From Prorocentrum cordatum (lineage: Eukaryota), in the NCBI GenBank assembly GCA_963575745.1, contig CAUYUJ010000070.1, positions 186,001 through 250,000 of the forward strand: a DNA stretch of 64,000 nt, given 5' to 3'. Each line of letters opens with the position of its first letter. Positions within the stretch are counted from its first letter, which is position 1. Position numbers and translations under genes: made by a program. The notes beneath the pieces were generated by a model, which searched no databases, was not told the origin of the DNA, and saw only the letters and a program-made list of their open reading frames with translations. Positions 12,672-24,565 of the stretch are shown piece after piece.

Positions 12672-15600
12672 CTAGTCTGAGTCATCAGACCGTGGTGCAG
12701 CGACGGCGATGAGCGGGGCCTCGTCCTCTTCAAGGGCGAGGGCTGCTCGGACGCGGCCGAGCGCAGCAACCGAAGATGCAGGCTCGGACAACTGCTGCAC
12801 AGCCTGCTGAGGGGGACTCTCATCAGGCGTGTCAAACAAAAAACAGGCGGCTTCCTCTTCCGCATCGAGCGGATCAAATGGGAGAGCGGAGGGGCCAGCA
12901 GCATTGACGATGGTGGACGACGACTCAAACGACGGGTCGACGACTCTATCACGCTGCTGCCCCTGTGGTAGAGCAGGCAAGGGAGGATCCACCTCCAGCT
13001 CCACATCAGCTGGCACTGGTGCCCCCCCCTGCAGCGGTGACCAGTCTACGCACCAGCTTAGCAGTCCGCATCTCCCGTTCTCGGTCGGTGAGGCGCCGTG
13101 GCAGCTCCTCGGGTTCCAGGTCTTCGTACCAGGGGCCGACCTCGACTGAGATACCTTTGCGCTTTGGATGGCGGCCTGCCCCCACAGAGCTCCAGGCGGA
13201 CTTAGCGCCCGCACTCTGAGGTTGACCATCGCACAGTCTAAGCAAATTGCGAGGCTGCCCGTGGGAGGAATAGGCATAGCATCGCATACAAATAGTGAGA
13301 GCGGCACCATCGGAGCATAGCGAAGCAATGCAGTTGTGCCTGAGGGCAGAAAGCACCGCGGAAGTCAGCTTGGAATCTCTAAGGCACTTCCCAGGGGCCG
13401 GCGGGTCCAGACCTCCAAGCCGAGACCCATCAGGGTTCTTCCGCGGCACGCCCTTGGCAACCTTGAGACATTCAATGCACTGCCAAAAAGATGAGACACG
13501 AGTTATTGGTGATGCCTCGGTTCAACTTTTGGCCTGGGGGGCTTGGGCACAAGCGGGACCCCTATCAGGTTGAGCCGAGGCCACTCTGGCATCAGCTCGG
13601 CCGCAAGACGCATGACACACTGAGCAATCGTGAGGCATCGCTCAAGCCATTCCACATCCTCGGGGTCAGGTTGTGGGTGGCGGGCAAGCGAACCTTTGGC
13701 GACACTATCAGCAAGGTCGTTACCTTGCTTCCAGAAACGCTCAAGCTCGGTTAGGTCAGTGGATTCTTCAACGTGAGCCTTGACCTTAAAAACCCCCTCT
13801 AAAAGCTTTCGGTGGGTGGGGAGTAGAAACCCAGAATACACACGCTTGTAGGACAGAGCCCTGAGCAGCGGCTCATTGGCTTGGACAACCACATTCTTAC
13901 AATCAGAGTAAATGGAGCTGCCTGGCATGGCATGCATGGCAGCAACAGCGTAGGCCCCAAACTCTCCCCCTTGGGCAGTCTGGAGGTTGGGGGCCCACGG
14001 GGGACAACTAATGCGACAGATGTCATTGCCGTCGTCACCTACCATCACTATCCCCCACCCAGCCCTGGAGAGTTCTTTAACAGTGTGCGCAACACAAGAG
14101 CCGTCCACGAATCAGTGTCCAGAAATACTGAGCGATTTCGAAGAACGGTCATTGGCCCAAATGGTCTCGAGGCCAGTGTCTTCTACATCATCACGAGCAG
14201 GAAACAGAAACACGTCCCCTGGATGCCGAAACAGGCCGCGAGTGTACAGCAAGTAAGCTTCCTCATTGTTCTCGGGCGTGAGGTCAGGCGGAGGCAGAAG
14301 GGTAAACTTTTGCTTGGAACTGTCAAACACTTCCTGCCTCTTGTCATGACACGCTGGGCAGAACCAAAGCCGATGTAGCATTGTGTCAGGTGCACCCCCC
14401 ACAAAGTTCGCAACCCGAGCAAACAGCATATCCTGCTTCGGCGGCCCAGGTCCTAGTCCAAGTGGCGTTACAAGCAACAGCCTTGGCACAACCTCGCTGG
14501 AACGGCGTGCCCTTCTTGGAGCGCAAAGTAGCTGCCGCAACAGCATGGCACACTCGAGCTCCTGGAAGATGCGGGAGCAGTGCGGCACCGCTAGCCCTCT
14601 CGTGGGTCCTCTGAACTGCAGCCTTCAAAAGTTTCTTAAGAAGAGCTGGGGACGTCACAGTAAGCGAAACCTCGGTTCCAAAATCATCCAAGAGGGTGCA
14701 GTAGTTGGGCATGCTCCAAGAAATCCTTTTCCAGGCCAGCTTCATGGCCCCCAGGGGCCCCTGAGCCCCACGCCAGGTTTTGGGCCCAGGGGATCCGAAA
14801 ACAACCCTCCAAGAGTCCCTCAGCTCAGCCCACGGGATGACAAAGGGAAAAGCTTTGTTTGGTTGGCCCAAATCTCCGTGGAGTACCGCACGATCGGCGC
14901 CACAGCAGGGTACCAGGTCGGGTCCTGGGCTAAAATTAGGACGGAGGTCCGTGACCTCATCTTGGCAGGCGGCTGCATAATACTGGCGGCGGCAACCTGC
15001 AGTCTGTCCCATTCATAATTCGAGAGCCCGTGAACCTCAGACCCAAACGCGAGGCTGGGAAGGGGACCCGTGGTAAAAACTTTGACAGCATGCCGCCCGA
15101 GGGGCCGCTTGGCTCGCTTGAGCCTTCTAACCTTTTTGTTGAAAGCCCGCTTGCGGTCAGAAAACTCCCCCCCCCCCCCCTCACCAGGAAGCCGACGGAA
15201 GGTGCCAGGGGCAAAATCAATCCCCAAGTTGACGGCCCCTTGGATGATGGGCCCCGCGAGGCCACCAAGACAGTCCCTGACTTGCGTGGCGAGCGCGTCC
15301 GACGAGGCAACGAGGGAAGCTTTATCAGGGGAGATGACCGCGCCCATATCGGCCTCGATGGCCTCCCTGAGGTTGGCCGCGGCCTCGGGGAGGTGCCCGA
15401 CAATGTATGTATTGGACCCGTTGCAGCTGATGCCGTAATCGTCCATGTAAACGTCGAGCGTGATACCTGGTGGCAGCTGCAACGCGTCGAGAGCAGGGAT
15501 GGCGTTGATACGCACCATGGTGGTCGCAAGACCGCAGCCGGCGACGACGCCGTTGGTGAGGTGGAACGGGCCGACGACCACGCCGCCGAGAGAAACAAAT

Positions 15601-16031
15601 CTGCCGTGACGATGTCCTTGCACAGTGAGCCGAGCTAACTGGACGGGGAACTCATACTGGTGGCAACGCTGAAGGAGCGTGGCCAAGTGCACCAACTCAA
15701 AACATTTGTAGAGGTCCCACAGAATCGTGCAGCTAGACTGGTTGCTGGCCACAGCTCCTTCAGCTCGCAAAGTCTGCCTCCAGACAACATCGACAGAGGA
15801 AGAAAACTGGGGCCCAGCGAAATAGCTGCGCTGAAACCTGCTTTCCCACTGGGCCGCGTAAAGCCTGCGGCGCCGCCCCCAGAGGCGGCGGGGACTGCAA
15901 AAAAGCCCGATGGGCCGATGCCCTCCAGAGGGTTTGCTGAGAAGGGAAAACACAACCAGGGAAGTTTGCCCAGGAAAAAGCCCAGAAGCTTCCATGATGG
16001 AGTACATGGTACCCAGGACATCCAAGGACCC

Positions 16032-16100
<69 letters not shown>

Positions 16101-17730
16101 GCATCATGCTTCATGTGGGAACCGTCAACAGCAGTGGCAGAACGGGCGGCGTACCGTCTGGAGGCCGACCGAAGAGTATCAGCAGTGAGGCGGCGGGGGA
16201 GGGGTTTGACGCATTGGAACTTGGCCTCCTTCGAGGGGGGGGGGGGGGGGGGGGGGGCGGGGGGGGCACCCCATAACTGACTGAACTTACTGGCCTCGGA
16301 GGCAAGCAGCGCCAAGGGGTCCGAGATGACAGCTCCTTCTCTGCTGAGGGTCGTGGTGGGGGTCCACGGATGGCTGCCCCTAACATGCTGGTGAGCTCTC
16401 CTGGCGCCCTGATCATTGGACTGAAAAAGCCACTCCTTCCACTCAGCGAGCGCCTGCGACTTGGCCTTCACGGCAAAGGTCGCAACGTGCTCGTCTAAGT
16501 CGGAGAGAATGGATTCCCCGATGACGAGGCCGAGGAGATCGTGTTGACCTAAAAAAGTTTGCACTCGCATGACTTGGCCACTGTGGGCGTCCAGCCCCTG
16601 CTTCAAAAAGCCAGGAGGATTGAGCAACAACCGTCGAACTTCCTGGGCCTGGGCGGATCCTATAGCAACCGCATCAAGCTGGAGAAGGAGCCTGAACTTA
16701 CTAATCGCATCGAATACAATTGGGGCTGTCGGTGGGGGGCCCTGCCGATCTTGATCGAGGATGTTAACCCAATGCTGCTGTGGCATCTTCCCCCTGCTCC
16801 CCCAACAAGGAAGGGTAGCTTGCCTGCCCCTTGCTAGCTCCTTCTCCGAAGGGTCGGCCCAGTGCTTATAGAGGGCGTCGAGCAGGCACTGGACAGCGTG
16901 CACGTCACCGCTGTGGCAAGCATCTAAGGCACGATCAGCCTCGCACTGAATAGCAGTCCAATCTGGAGGTAAAGGCGCAGGACCGATCGCGGGCTCAGTC
17001 GGCAACGGCGGTGGCTTCCGAAAGACGAGACCGTGGCGCTTCCCGATCCCTGCGTGAACCTGCATCTGCACGGGGAGATGAGTAACTATGTTAGACGTGT
17101 GGATGGCACTGACGGAAGAAATACCTTTGGCAAGCCCAGCAGTGACGATAAACTAATCAAGCATGCTAGCACCACACGTGCCCACGACGTCTTTTGGGGC
17201 GGCCACCTGTGCACCCAACCTGTTGACAATTCCTGACGATGCGAGCGTGTCGGGGCTCATGTTAAAATCAGCTCCAATGATGGTGGGTAGGCCTACCTGC
17301 TCAACAACCGTGCCGATGCATGCCAGGAGCTCCACGTTGGCCTCGGAGAGCCACTCAACAGTACGCATATAGGTGCTGCAAACGAGGATGGGATCACCGC
17401 CAGGTATATGTACTACAGGTCCGATCGAACGATGACGGTCGATGATGCGGCCTCCAGGAGGTGCGTGACATCCCAAAGAGTTCTGGACCAAGATGCCTAC
17501 CCCTGACGAAGTACCATGTCCAACTCCTGGAGCGGCAGGCCCAAGGATAGCTTTCCACCCATGCCGATGCGCCCAGTCTGTAGCCTCCTCCAGCTCAGCT
17601 TCGAGCAAGTGGCGCTCTTGGATCAAGAGAATGTGCGCACCACACTGAGGGGGCCAAGCTTTGAGACCGCCTCCCGAATCGGATTGCCAAGGCGTGACGC
17701 TAGCAGTCTGGATGACGAGCTCAACACTAG
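12672..17730 (-). pseudogene. LINE ORF2: AP endonuclease, reverse transcriptase, RNase H, C-terminal Cys-rich region
   Basis: APE: ILLIQERHL, SSGVGIL, IIGADFN. RT: KPSGGHRPIGL, LWDLYKCFELV, GVVAGCGLAT, VYMDD, VNLGID. HRLWFC motif. RNase H: DGSC, TAQGGE, IYSDC, KVKAH, GNDLADSVAK. Then WQCIEC and ICMRCYAY. Several frameshifts and a (GA)n insert. Confidence 0.93.
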
Positions 17731-18245
17731 AATCTCCAGGACTGGGCTCAGGGGAGTGGAAGGGAAAAAACTTGGACGTCTGAGAACGTTCAACATCGAG
17801 GCCGGGTGCGGCCTTGGTAAAAACTTCTTGACCCGCGGAGCCGGAAACCCCAGGGGGGCCGCGGCGATGCCCAGGAAGATGGCCGCCAGCGGCCAGACGG
17901 GGACAGGCGCTGTCCGACTTGGCAAGGGTGGCCTCCACAGCTTGCGACAGGTTGAAAAACTTGCGGGCTTCAGCCCGCTGGGCATCGAGAGAGCTACGCA
18001 CTCCGTCGACGCCCGCGTGATAAGACCCACGATTGGAAGGCGTTATGAGACCAAGGTTCCCGAGCACAGCCGACGCAAAATGTGGGGACTGCCGCTCCTG
18101 GTCTCCAGGGCTCGTATACGTTCCCTGGATCCCTGGGGGGCAAGCGTGGCCTGCTGGAGGCCCAGAAAAATAAAAACTCCCTTGGGCGCTCACCGTGAGA
18201 GCGCTGTGACTGGCACGCGCATGCAAGCTCGGATTTGCGGCCAGG

Positions 18246-19525
18246 CTAAGCACTGGTTCCTCCCCCCGCCCCGACAGGAGCAGGGGAAGGGGGTTGAAGG
18301 GCCTTCTCTGCCTTGGCCCGCACATCGTCAGCTGCTGGGGCTCCACCACCAGCTGGAGTGGCCTCGGCGGCGGCCGCGGCTGGGGCAGCAGCAGGTGCCC
18401 CACGCGGCTCGTCAGCTCCAGCATCTCCACCAGCAGCTGCCTCCAGGTCGGCACGGCGCCGCTTGCTAGCAACGCGAGCCAGGTGTTCCCGATGGGCATC
18501 TCGAGCAGCTTTGGCGGCAGCCACCAGGGGGCCCAGCAGGTCTTTGGCGAGCTTGGACACGCCCGCGTTGAGGTCCTCCTTCCGCTTGGCGATCTTTTCG
18601 CGGTCCTTCTCCTGGAGCTCGGCATCGCCCTCGAAGAAGCTGGCCTCGTCCACTGTGAGGAAAGCGCCCAGGTCGAACGTGTCGGCGCACAGGTCCTCCA
18701 GCTTGAGCTTGGCAGGCACAGGAGCAGCGGGGGGGGGGGGCCACTGACGCCTGCTGCTGCAGGTCCGCAACCAACGACTTGTACTGCTGGTCGGCCGTGG
18801 CCAGCTCCTCACGCATGTTGCGCACCGTGTCTTCAAGCTTGGCAACGTCATCCCTCCATAGCAAGAGCTTGTCCACTTCTCTGTCCAAGGTCTTCTCCAA
18901 ACGAGCCACCGCCGCGAACTGCTGCTGCACGCGCTGGTGGAGTGGTGTGGGAGGCTTGGGCAACTCTTGAGCATGAAGTTTCTTGAACTCAGCCTCGTAC
19001 TTGGATGCCGTGGTCATGTCGCCTCCTTTGCGCGCGAGCTCAGCCAGCTGCTTGGCCTCGGTCGCGTTGAGCTGGCTCTGCGCTCCGACTGGAAGCGGGG
19101 GTGCCCTGGCGGCTGGAGCCTCCAGGATGCCCTCCTCCGTGTGCAGCACCAGCGAACAGTCCAGAACCACCTGGGAGCCCTGAGGGAGGACGAACTTGCA
19201 TGGCCCATGGCGCCGTCGGTGAGAAGACGCCAGGCGGAGCCTGAGACCACGCCCCACTCTGTGGGGCTTCACCTTCAACGGGGCGCACAGCAGCAAGAGG
19301 AGTCCCACAATGCTTGCAGTAGCGAGACGCCTTCGGGTTCTTGGCGCAGCCGCAGGAGCTGCACTTGAACTTGGAGAACCCTTCTGCAGTCTTGTCCGTG
19401 TACATGTAGGCGCTACTGTAGTGCCATGGGGGAGCCGTGCCGTTGGACCTGTCCTCTCGACCGCGTCCTTTGCCACGCCCTCCACCTTTAGCACCACCAT
19501 TGCGCTGGGTAGGCGGGGGTGTCAT
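18246..19525 (-). pseudogene. LINE ORF1 (G/K/R-rich N-terminus, C4 zinc finger, coiled coil), frameshifted
   Basis: MTPPPTQRNGGAKGGGRGKGRG...FKCSSCGCAKNPKASRYCKHCG, then helical VARLEKTLDREVDKLL...; one frameshift at the poly-G run ~18729-18740. Confidence 0.8.
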
Positions 19526-19617
19526 ACACCCCGAAGTCACAATCACTGAGTAGAACCGAGCCAATGACCCGTTGACGCAGTGTGCCGCTCTGAAGTTCGC
19601 GTCAACAAGCACAACAA

Positions 19618-19639
19618 TTTGTGCCATAACGGCTAAGGA
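19618..19639 (-). other. Degenerate DinoSL relict (17/22, ungapped)
   Basis: Minus strand TCCTTAGCCGTTATGGCACAAA vs TCCGTAGCCATTTTGGCTCAAG, ~90 nt upstream of the ORF1 ATG. Confidence 0.6.
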
Positions 19640-19867
19640 GTGAGATGGAGCAGACGGGAGCCAGGAGGAGAGACGAGGGAGGCAAACCAGTCGCGCTAAC
19701 ACTACATCTGTCACCCCAGTCACCCATCCTACCCGTTCGGTATATTTCGATGCAGTCGATTCGGATCGGTTTCGGCTCCAGCCGCTTGGATCCGACTCCA
19801 TTCCGACATTCCCGCGGCTCGATGTCCGTGTAGCGTTGGTGCGTATCCGGGCGCAGTGCCACGGCAT

Positions 19868-20077
19868 CCCCGCGCCAGTCTTCACGGTCGGCGCGGGCTC
19901 CCCTCTCTTCCCTTCTCTCGATCTGGCCTCTTTGGCCCGTGCCTCGATTCGCTCCTGGTGCACCCCACCGCTCCCCGCGCCAGTCTTCACGGTCGGCGCG
20001 GGCTCCCCTCTCTTCCCTTCTCTCGATCTGGCCTCTTTGGCCCGTGCCTCGATTCGCTCCTGGTGCACCCCACCGCT
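19868..20077. repeat. Perfect 105-bp tandem duplication
   Basis: Units start at 19868 and 19973 and are identical by eye. Confidence 0.95.
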
Positions 20078-20388
20078 TGCTTGACCTGCGTCTGACTGTC
20101 TTGGACAATTTGGTTCCCGCGGACTTCCACAAAGCGTACCCAGGCGCAGCCGACCCGATTTGATTTCGATACCGGGCCGCTGCAGCCTGATCTGATACTC
20201 GTTCCGATCCAGTCCGATTTCTCCGAAGGGAGTCGACTTTCAGCGACCAGGGACCTCGACAGGCAGCGGATGTGGATATATAGTCGGGCCCCCTGGGGCC
20301 AGCATGTGTCCATGTCCACCGCCCGCCGCCCAGTGGGGCCCCAGGACGTCGTATCCCCAGGCGGTGGAAATGTACGTACACCGCCTTT

Positions 20389-20541
20389 GGGGGGCCACAT
20401 GCGAACCCTACCCCTACCCCCCACGATTTCCGAGGGGGAGGGTGGGGTTCACTTCGCTCGGGAGCTCCCGAACGGAGTGAACCCCACCGTCCCCCTCAGA
20501 AATCGTGGGGGGTAGGGGTCGGGTTCGCATGTGGCCCCCTA
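20389..20541. mobile_element. Fold-back MITE family 2 (TIR GGGGGCCACA...), second copy at 41098-41243
   Basis: The whole ~150 bp is a near-perfect palindrome. Confidence 0.85.
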
Positions 20542-20859
20542 GCCTGACAATCTCCCGGAATGATGCTGGCTGATCCTGCCAGTCCGGTCGGGTTTCGCCG
20601 AGAGTCCTTCGCCGCGTGCCGAAGTCGGCCGCGCCGAGTGGCGCATTCCACCCCCGTTCGGAGTGCCCCTGGCGCTCCGAAGGGGAGAGCCCGCGGGAGG
20701 TGGCATCAGAGGAAGGAGCACGACCATGGTGATGCGCTCGCGACCGCCATCGTGCATTTCGTATTTGGCATCCTCCGGGATGGGCTTGCGAACGTGAGTC
20801 GTTCGGTACAGTACGTCCATTAGTGTTCTGGGGGAAGGCCCGCATACCTTCGTGTGTGC

Positions 20860-20909
20860 TATACATGTATAAGTACATGTACGTATGCATATATTTATTT
20901 ATGTATTAC

Positions 20910-20941
<32 letters not shown>

Positions 20942-21050
20942 GGTAGGTAGGTAGGTAGGTAGGTAGGTATGTATGTATGTCTGTATGTATGCATGCATGT
21001 ATGTATGTATGTATGTATGTATGTATGTATATGCTTGTATGTGTGTATAT
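20860..21050. repeat. (TATG)n/(TAGG)n microsatellite
   Basis: Direct observation. Confidence 0.95.
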
Positions 21051-21085
21051 CTTTACATCTACATATTCCTCTTCCTATATTTTTA

Positions 21086-21185
21086 NNNNNNNNNNNNNNN
21101 NNNNNNNNNNNNNNNNNNNNNNNNNNNNNNNNNNNNNNNNNNNNNNNNNNNNNNNNNNNNNNNNNNNNNNNNNNNNNNNNNNNNN
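21086..21185. other. Assembly gap (100 N)
   Basis: Run of N. Confidence 1.
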
Positions 21186-21288
21186 GGAGGGCTTCTTAGA
21201 AGCACCCCTGCTTCTTAAGAAGGCGCGGGCCTTCTCTATAGATGTAAGGCCGGCGCCCTCTGAGACGCAGCCTCCTAAGAAGCCCTCC
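21186..21288. mobile_element. Palindromic MITE-like family 3 (GGAGGGCTTCTTAG...CTAAGAAGCCCTCC)
   Basis: 14-bp perfect inverted ends; related sequences at ~23750-23850, 30757-30870, 40790-40890, 60370-60520 and 60940-61080. Confidence 0.7.
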
Positions 21289-22684
21289 TCCCTCGCTCCA
21301 CCCCCTTTTGCGCGCCGCCAGCAGTAGCTCTGGGAGGTCCCCGCGGGCCTCCCGGGTCGGTGCTGCCACGGGCTCCGCCGGCGGCGCCTGCGGCACTGCA
21401 GAGAGGAGGGGCGCTCTGCTCTGCTGGCCGCCGGTCTCCCTTTCCGCCGCTCCCTCCGTGTCGTTGCGCCGTGCTGGGCGCCATCTCGGTATCGGTTCAC
21501 CGATCCCCATCCCCATCCCCATCCCTTGCGAGACCCCCACCGAATTGCCACCCCAGTTTGGGACACACCCCTCGAAACCCGAAGGGAACGACCTGCATCC
21601 CCATCTGGGGGGGGTAAATCGGCCAGTGGGGCCCAGGCCACGCCGCTGGGGATGGGGATTGCTTAAGCGATGCTCACCATCTCGTCCGTGCTCGTCTCGC
21701 AGCCCTGCGCGCGAGGGAGGGTGGTTCAGCGCAGATCACGAAATCCGCGCGAACCTCCAACAGTTCATGTTTGTGCCGAATGTCTGTTCTACTCCCAAAG
21801 CTGCCCCCGCGGACGAAGAGGAGACGAGTGAGACGACGAGAAGGGGCTAACGAGAGAGAGGGGTGGCAACGGGGGTTGCCAATCATCCGTAATATTCAGC
21901 CGTTTTTTTGTTCTGGTGCCTCATTAGGGCTCCCGGCTCGCGTCTTGGACGAACGACGATAGGCGCGCCCGAGATGGCAATGGAAGCCTTTGTCTCCCGG
22001 CTCGCGTCTTGGACTAACGACGACAGGCGCGCCCGAGATGGCAATGGAAGCACGCGACAATGACAAACGAACAACGAAGACATGCGGACCTGTCATAAGA
22101 GTGGTAAGCCGTTTTGACATGTACAATGAAACATGTCTTATCGGAGCTCAAGTCTGAATATGCAACCAGGCATGGCATCATGTAGCACGGGTTCTCCCGC
22201 ATCATCACATTTCGATTACGTATTGTTGATCTCTGTGCATCATCAAAGGGCCTTCGTCGCAACGGCTGGATTCGCTTCAAAACCATGCTCTGAATGCGCT
22301 CCCACAAACGGGCCATGTGGAAGAGCCCGCGACCCCCACTTCCCAGCCTCCTCTCCCACCTCCCCCCCCCCTCCCACTCCCCACTCGTCCACCACCTCAC
22401 CCCCGTCCCTCCCTCCCTCCTGCCTCCTGGGAGCTCGCGGGCCGTGGCGGCTTCAGAGGCGGAGCACATGCCGGCCCGAGCTGGGACAGGCTCTGAGGAT
22501 CCGAGTGGGCCCCCCCGAGCTCGAGGGCCGCGTCGGCCGATTCTTGTCCGGCTTCGTCCTGCAGCGCAGCCCCGGGACAGCGGGGAGCCCAGACCCCAGC
22601 CCTGGGCCCCGTCCCGGGGACCAGCTTTTTCCAGCCCGAGCCGTTCTTTGACGGCCCCGCTGCCCAGCGATGGCCGCTTGATTC

Positions 22685-22862
22685 GAGTAGACGTGAGAGT
22701 GACCTTTCGCCGGAGTGACCCTTGGTGCGGGTCCAATCGGGCCCCCCGATCGCTGATCTCGACGCGGCATTGGCGTCTTGCGCGCTCGTGGTTTGCCACC
22801 CCATGGCCCCCCAACGCCACGCACCAAAGGTCACTCTTGCCCAGGGTCACTCTTGCGTGTAG
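22685..22862. mobile_element. MITE-like family 4 (GTGAGAGTGACC...GGTCACTC)
   Basis: Inverted ends; copies at ~31025-31215 and ~53095-53255. Confidence 0.7.
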
Positions 22863-23572
22863 CCGCCCGGTGGACTTGTATTTCACCATCACCACCAGAA
22901 TAGTTGGAGGGGGGAAGGAGGTGGAGGATGAGGAGGATGGAGGATGAGAAGGGGAGGAAGCAGAGGAGGAGGAAGAGGAGGAGGAGGAAGAAGAGGAGGA
23001 GGAGGAGAAAGAAGAGGAGAGAGAGGGGGGGAGGAGGAGGAGGACGAAGAGGAGGAGGAGGACCCCCCCACCCTCCTGCTTGTGGTGGCGGCGGTGCTGG
23101 ACAAGCCCACCCCCGCTGGGGCCGAGAGTCGATCGCGAGGCACCGTCCGCTGTGGCTTTTCCTCGGCGCGGAGGGCTCTGGGTGGTCGGCGCGGTGCGCC
23201 GCCGAGCGGCGCAGGGCGAGCGCAGGGCGAGCCGCCTGGCGCGTGCGGCCCGCCCCCCCCCCCCCCCCGGCGATGTGGACCGCGAGCCCCGCGGATGAAC
23301 AGCGCGGGGCTGAAGGCCGAGGGGGGGAGACGCCCCAGCCACGCGCAGAGGGGGGGGGTAGGGCTATGATGTTCCAACCTGCTTCGGCTCTGCTCACCAG
23401 AAAGAGAATCTCGAGCACCAGAACAGCCCCCCCCCCAAAACTCGAGGGCTTTCACGTGTCGGGCCCTGGGCCCTGGGAGACACTGTTTCGACACTCGTTT
23501 GAGAGACTTCTCCTGGTGCTCGACATCATTTCTGGGATGTGGCCTCTGAGTACGATGGGAGCAACGTAGGTC

Positions 23573-23732
23573 AGGAGGGAAAAAAAACACAGACACAATT
23601 AATCGTCGAGTCCCAGGAAAATAAGGGAAAATATGGGAAGTGGGGGGGAAGACAAAAACCCTGAAAATATACGAAAATATGGGACATCATTTTATTTGTG
23701 TGTATTTATTTGTGTGTCCCAGGGCCCCTTCA
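23573..23732 (+). mobile_element. Dispersed element family 5 (AGGAGGGGAAAACACAC...AAAATATGGG...GTGTCCCAGGGCCCCTTCA)
   Basis: Four same-orientation copies: 23573-23732, 56853-57068, 59375-59639, 61223-61382. Confidence 0.85.
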
Positions 23733-23922
23733 ATAAGGTAAGGGGGGGAAGGGGGAAGGCTTCTCCGAAGCCCCACTGCTTCTCAGCAGGCGCGGGCCTT
23801 GCCTACAGATGTAGGGCCCGCGCCTCGTCAGGAGCAGCTGCCGAGGAGAGGAGAAGCCGCCCCGACCCATGTAAATCGCGCCTCCGGCGCCGCCCCTGGC
23901 GCGCTCCGCGCACCAAGGGTGA

Positions 23923-24103
23923 CGAACCAACAACACACACCCATACCCATAGGGGGATCGGGGAGGGCTATGGGTGCGTGTTGTCGGATGGGGGTCCCCG
24001 CTCGAACGGGAGCGTTCCCCAGGGTCCGACAACCCGCACCCATACCCATAGCCAGTCCTCCTCCCAACGACCCCCCTATGGGTATGGGTGTGTGTTGTTC
24101 GTT
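23923..24103. mobile_element. Fold-back element (CAACACACACCCATACCCATAGGGGG...CCCCCTATGGGTATGGGTGTGTGTTG)
   Basis: ~26-bp terminal inverted repeat plus an internal inverted repeat. Confidence 0.8.
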
Positions 24104-24196
24104 CGGGGGGGGGAGCGGCGTGGATCCAAGAAATCCGCCCGGAACGCCAAACATTGACGTTTATGGTGTTTTTTGGGGTTCTCTTTTATATACCCA

Positions 24197-24369
24197 TACA
24201 GTCAACCCGCTTAGTAAGTATGCGCACTTGTGCAAGGTTACCGTTGCATCCTTCCCCTTGGGCCCCTCCTCGGCCGCTTTCGCTGGCCGCACCCCGCTCG
24301 CAAAGTGTCGACATGGCCTGCCAAGGCCCTTGCAACCTAAGTGCGTCCTTGTGATACGGGTTGACTGCA
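24197..24369. mobile_element. Tc1/mariner-type MITE (TA-CAGTCAACCCG...CGGGTTGACTG)
   Basis: 11-bp perfect TIR with TA on the left; related interrupted copy at ~55983-56295. Confidence 0.7.
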
Positions 24370-24464
24370 ACTTGCGTTTAGATAACTGTTTTCCTTAATC
24401 AGTCCTTGCACTGAAGAGGTCCTAGCGAAGGACGTGGCGAAAGTGTCCTGCCGATTTGGGTAGC

Positions 24465-24565
24465 CGGCTGGGTTCCCGGGTTCCCGGTTCCGGGTTCCTG
24501 GGTTCCTCGTTGTGGGTTCCGGCCGGGCCGATCTCGGTGGGTTCCGGGTTCCCGGGTTCCCGGTC
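24465..24565. repeat. (GGGTTCC)n-like minisatellite
   Basis: Direct observation. Confidence 0.85.

Larger units (their letters stand above)
12160..19639 (-). mobile_element. Near full-length LINE with ORF1 and ORF2 (APE-RT-RNase H-Cys motifs), inactivated
   Basis: See the ORF1 and ORF2 entries; SL-like 5' end at 19618-19639; 3' boundary approximate. Confidence 0.92.

Noticed and set aside
24411..24442. Hammerhead-like CTGAAGA...GAAA
   Set aside because: Stem II is interrupted and no stem I/III with a cleavage triplet was evident. Partial cores at ~10767, ~12210 (minus), ~41812 and ~49900 (minus) also fail.
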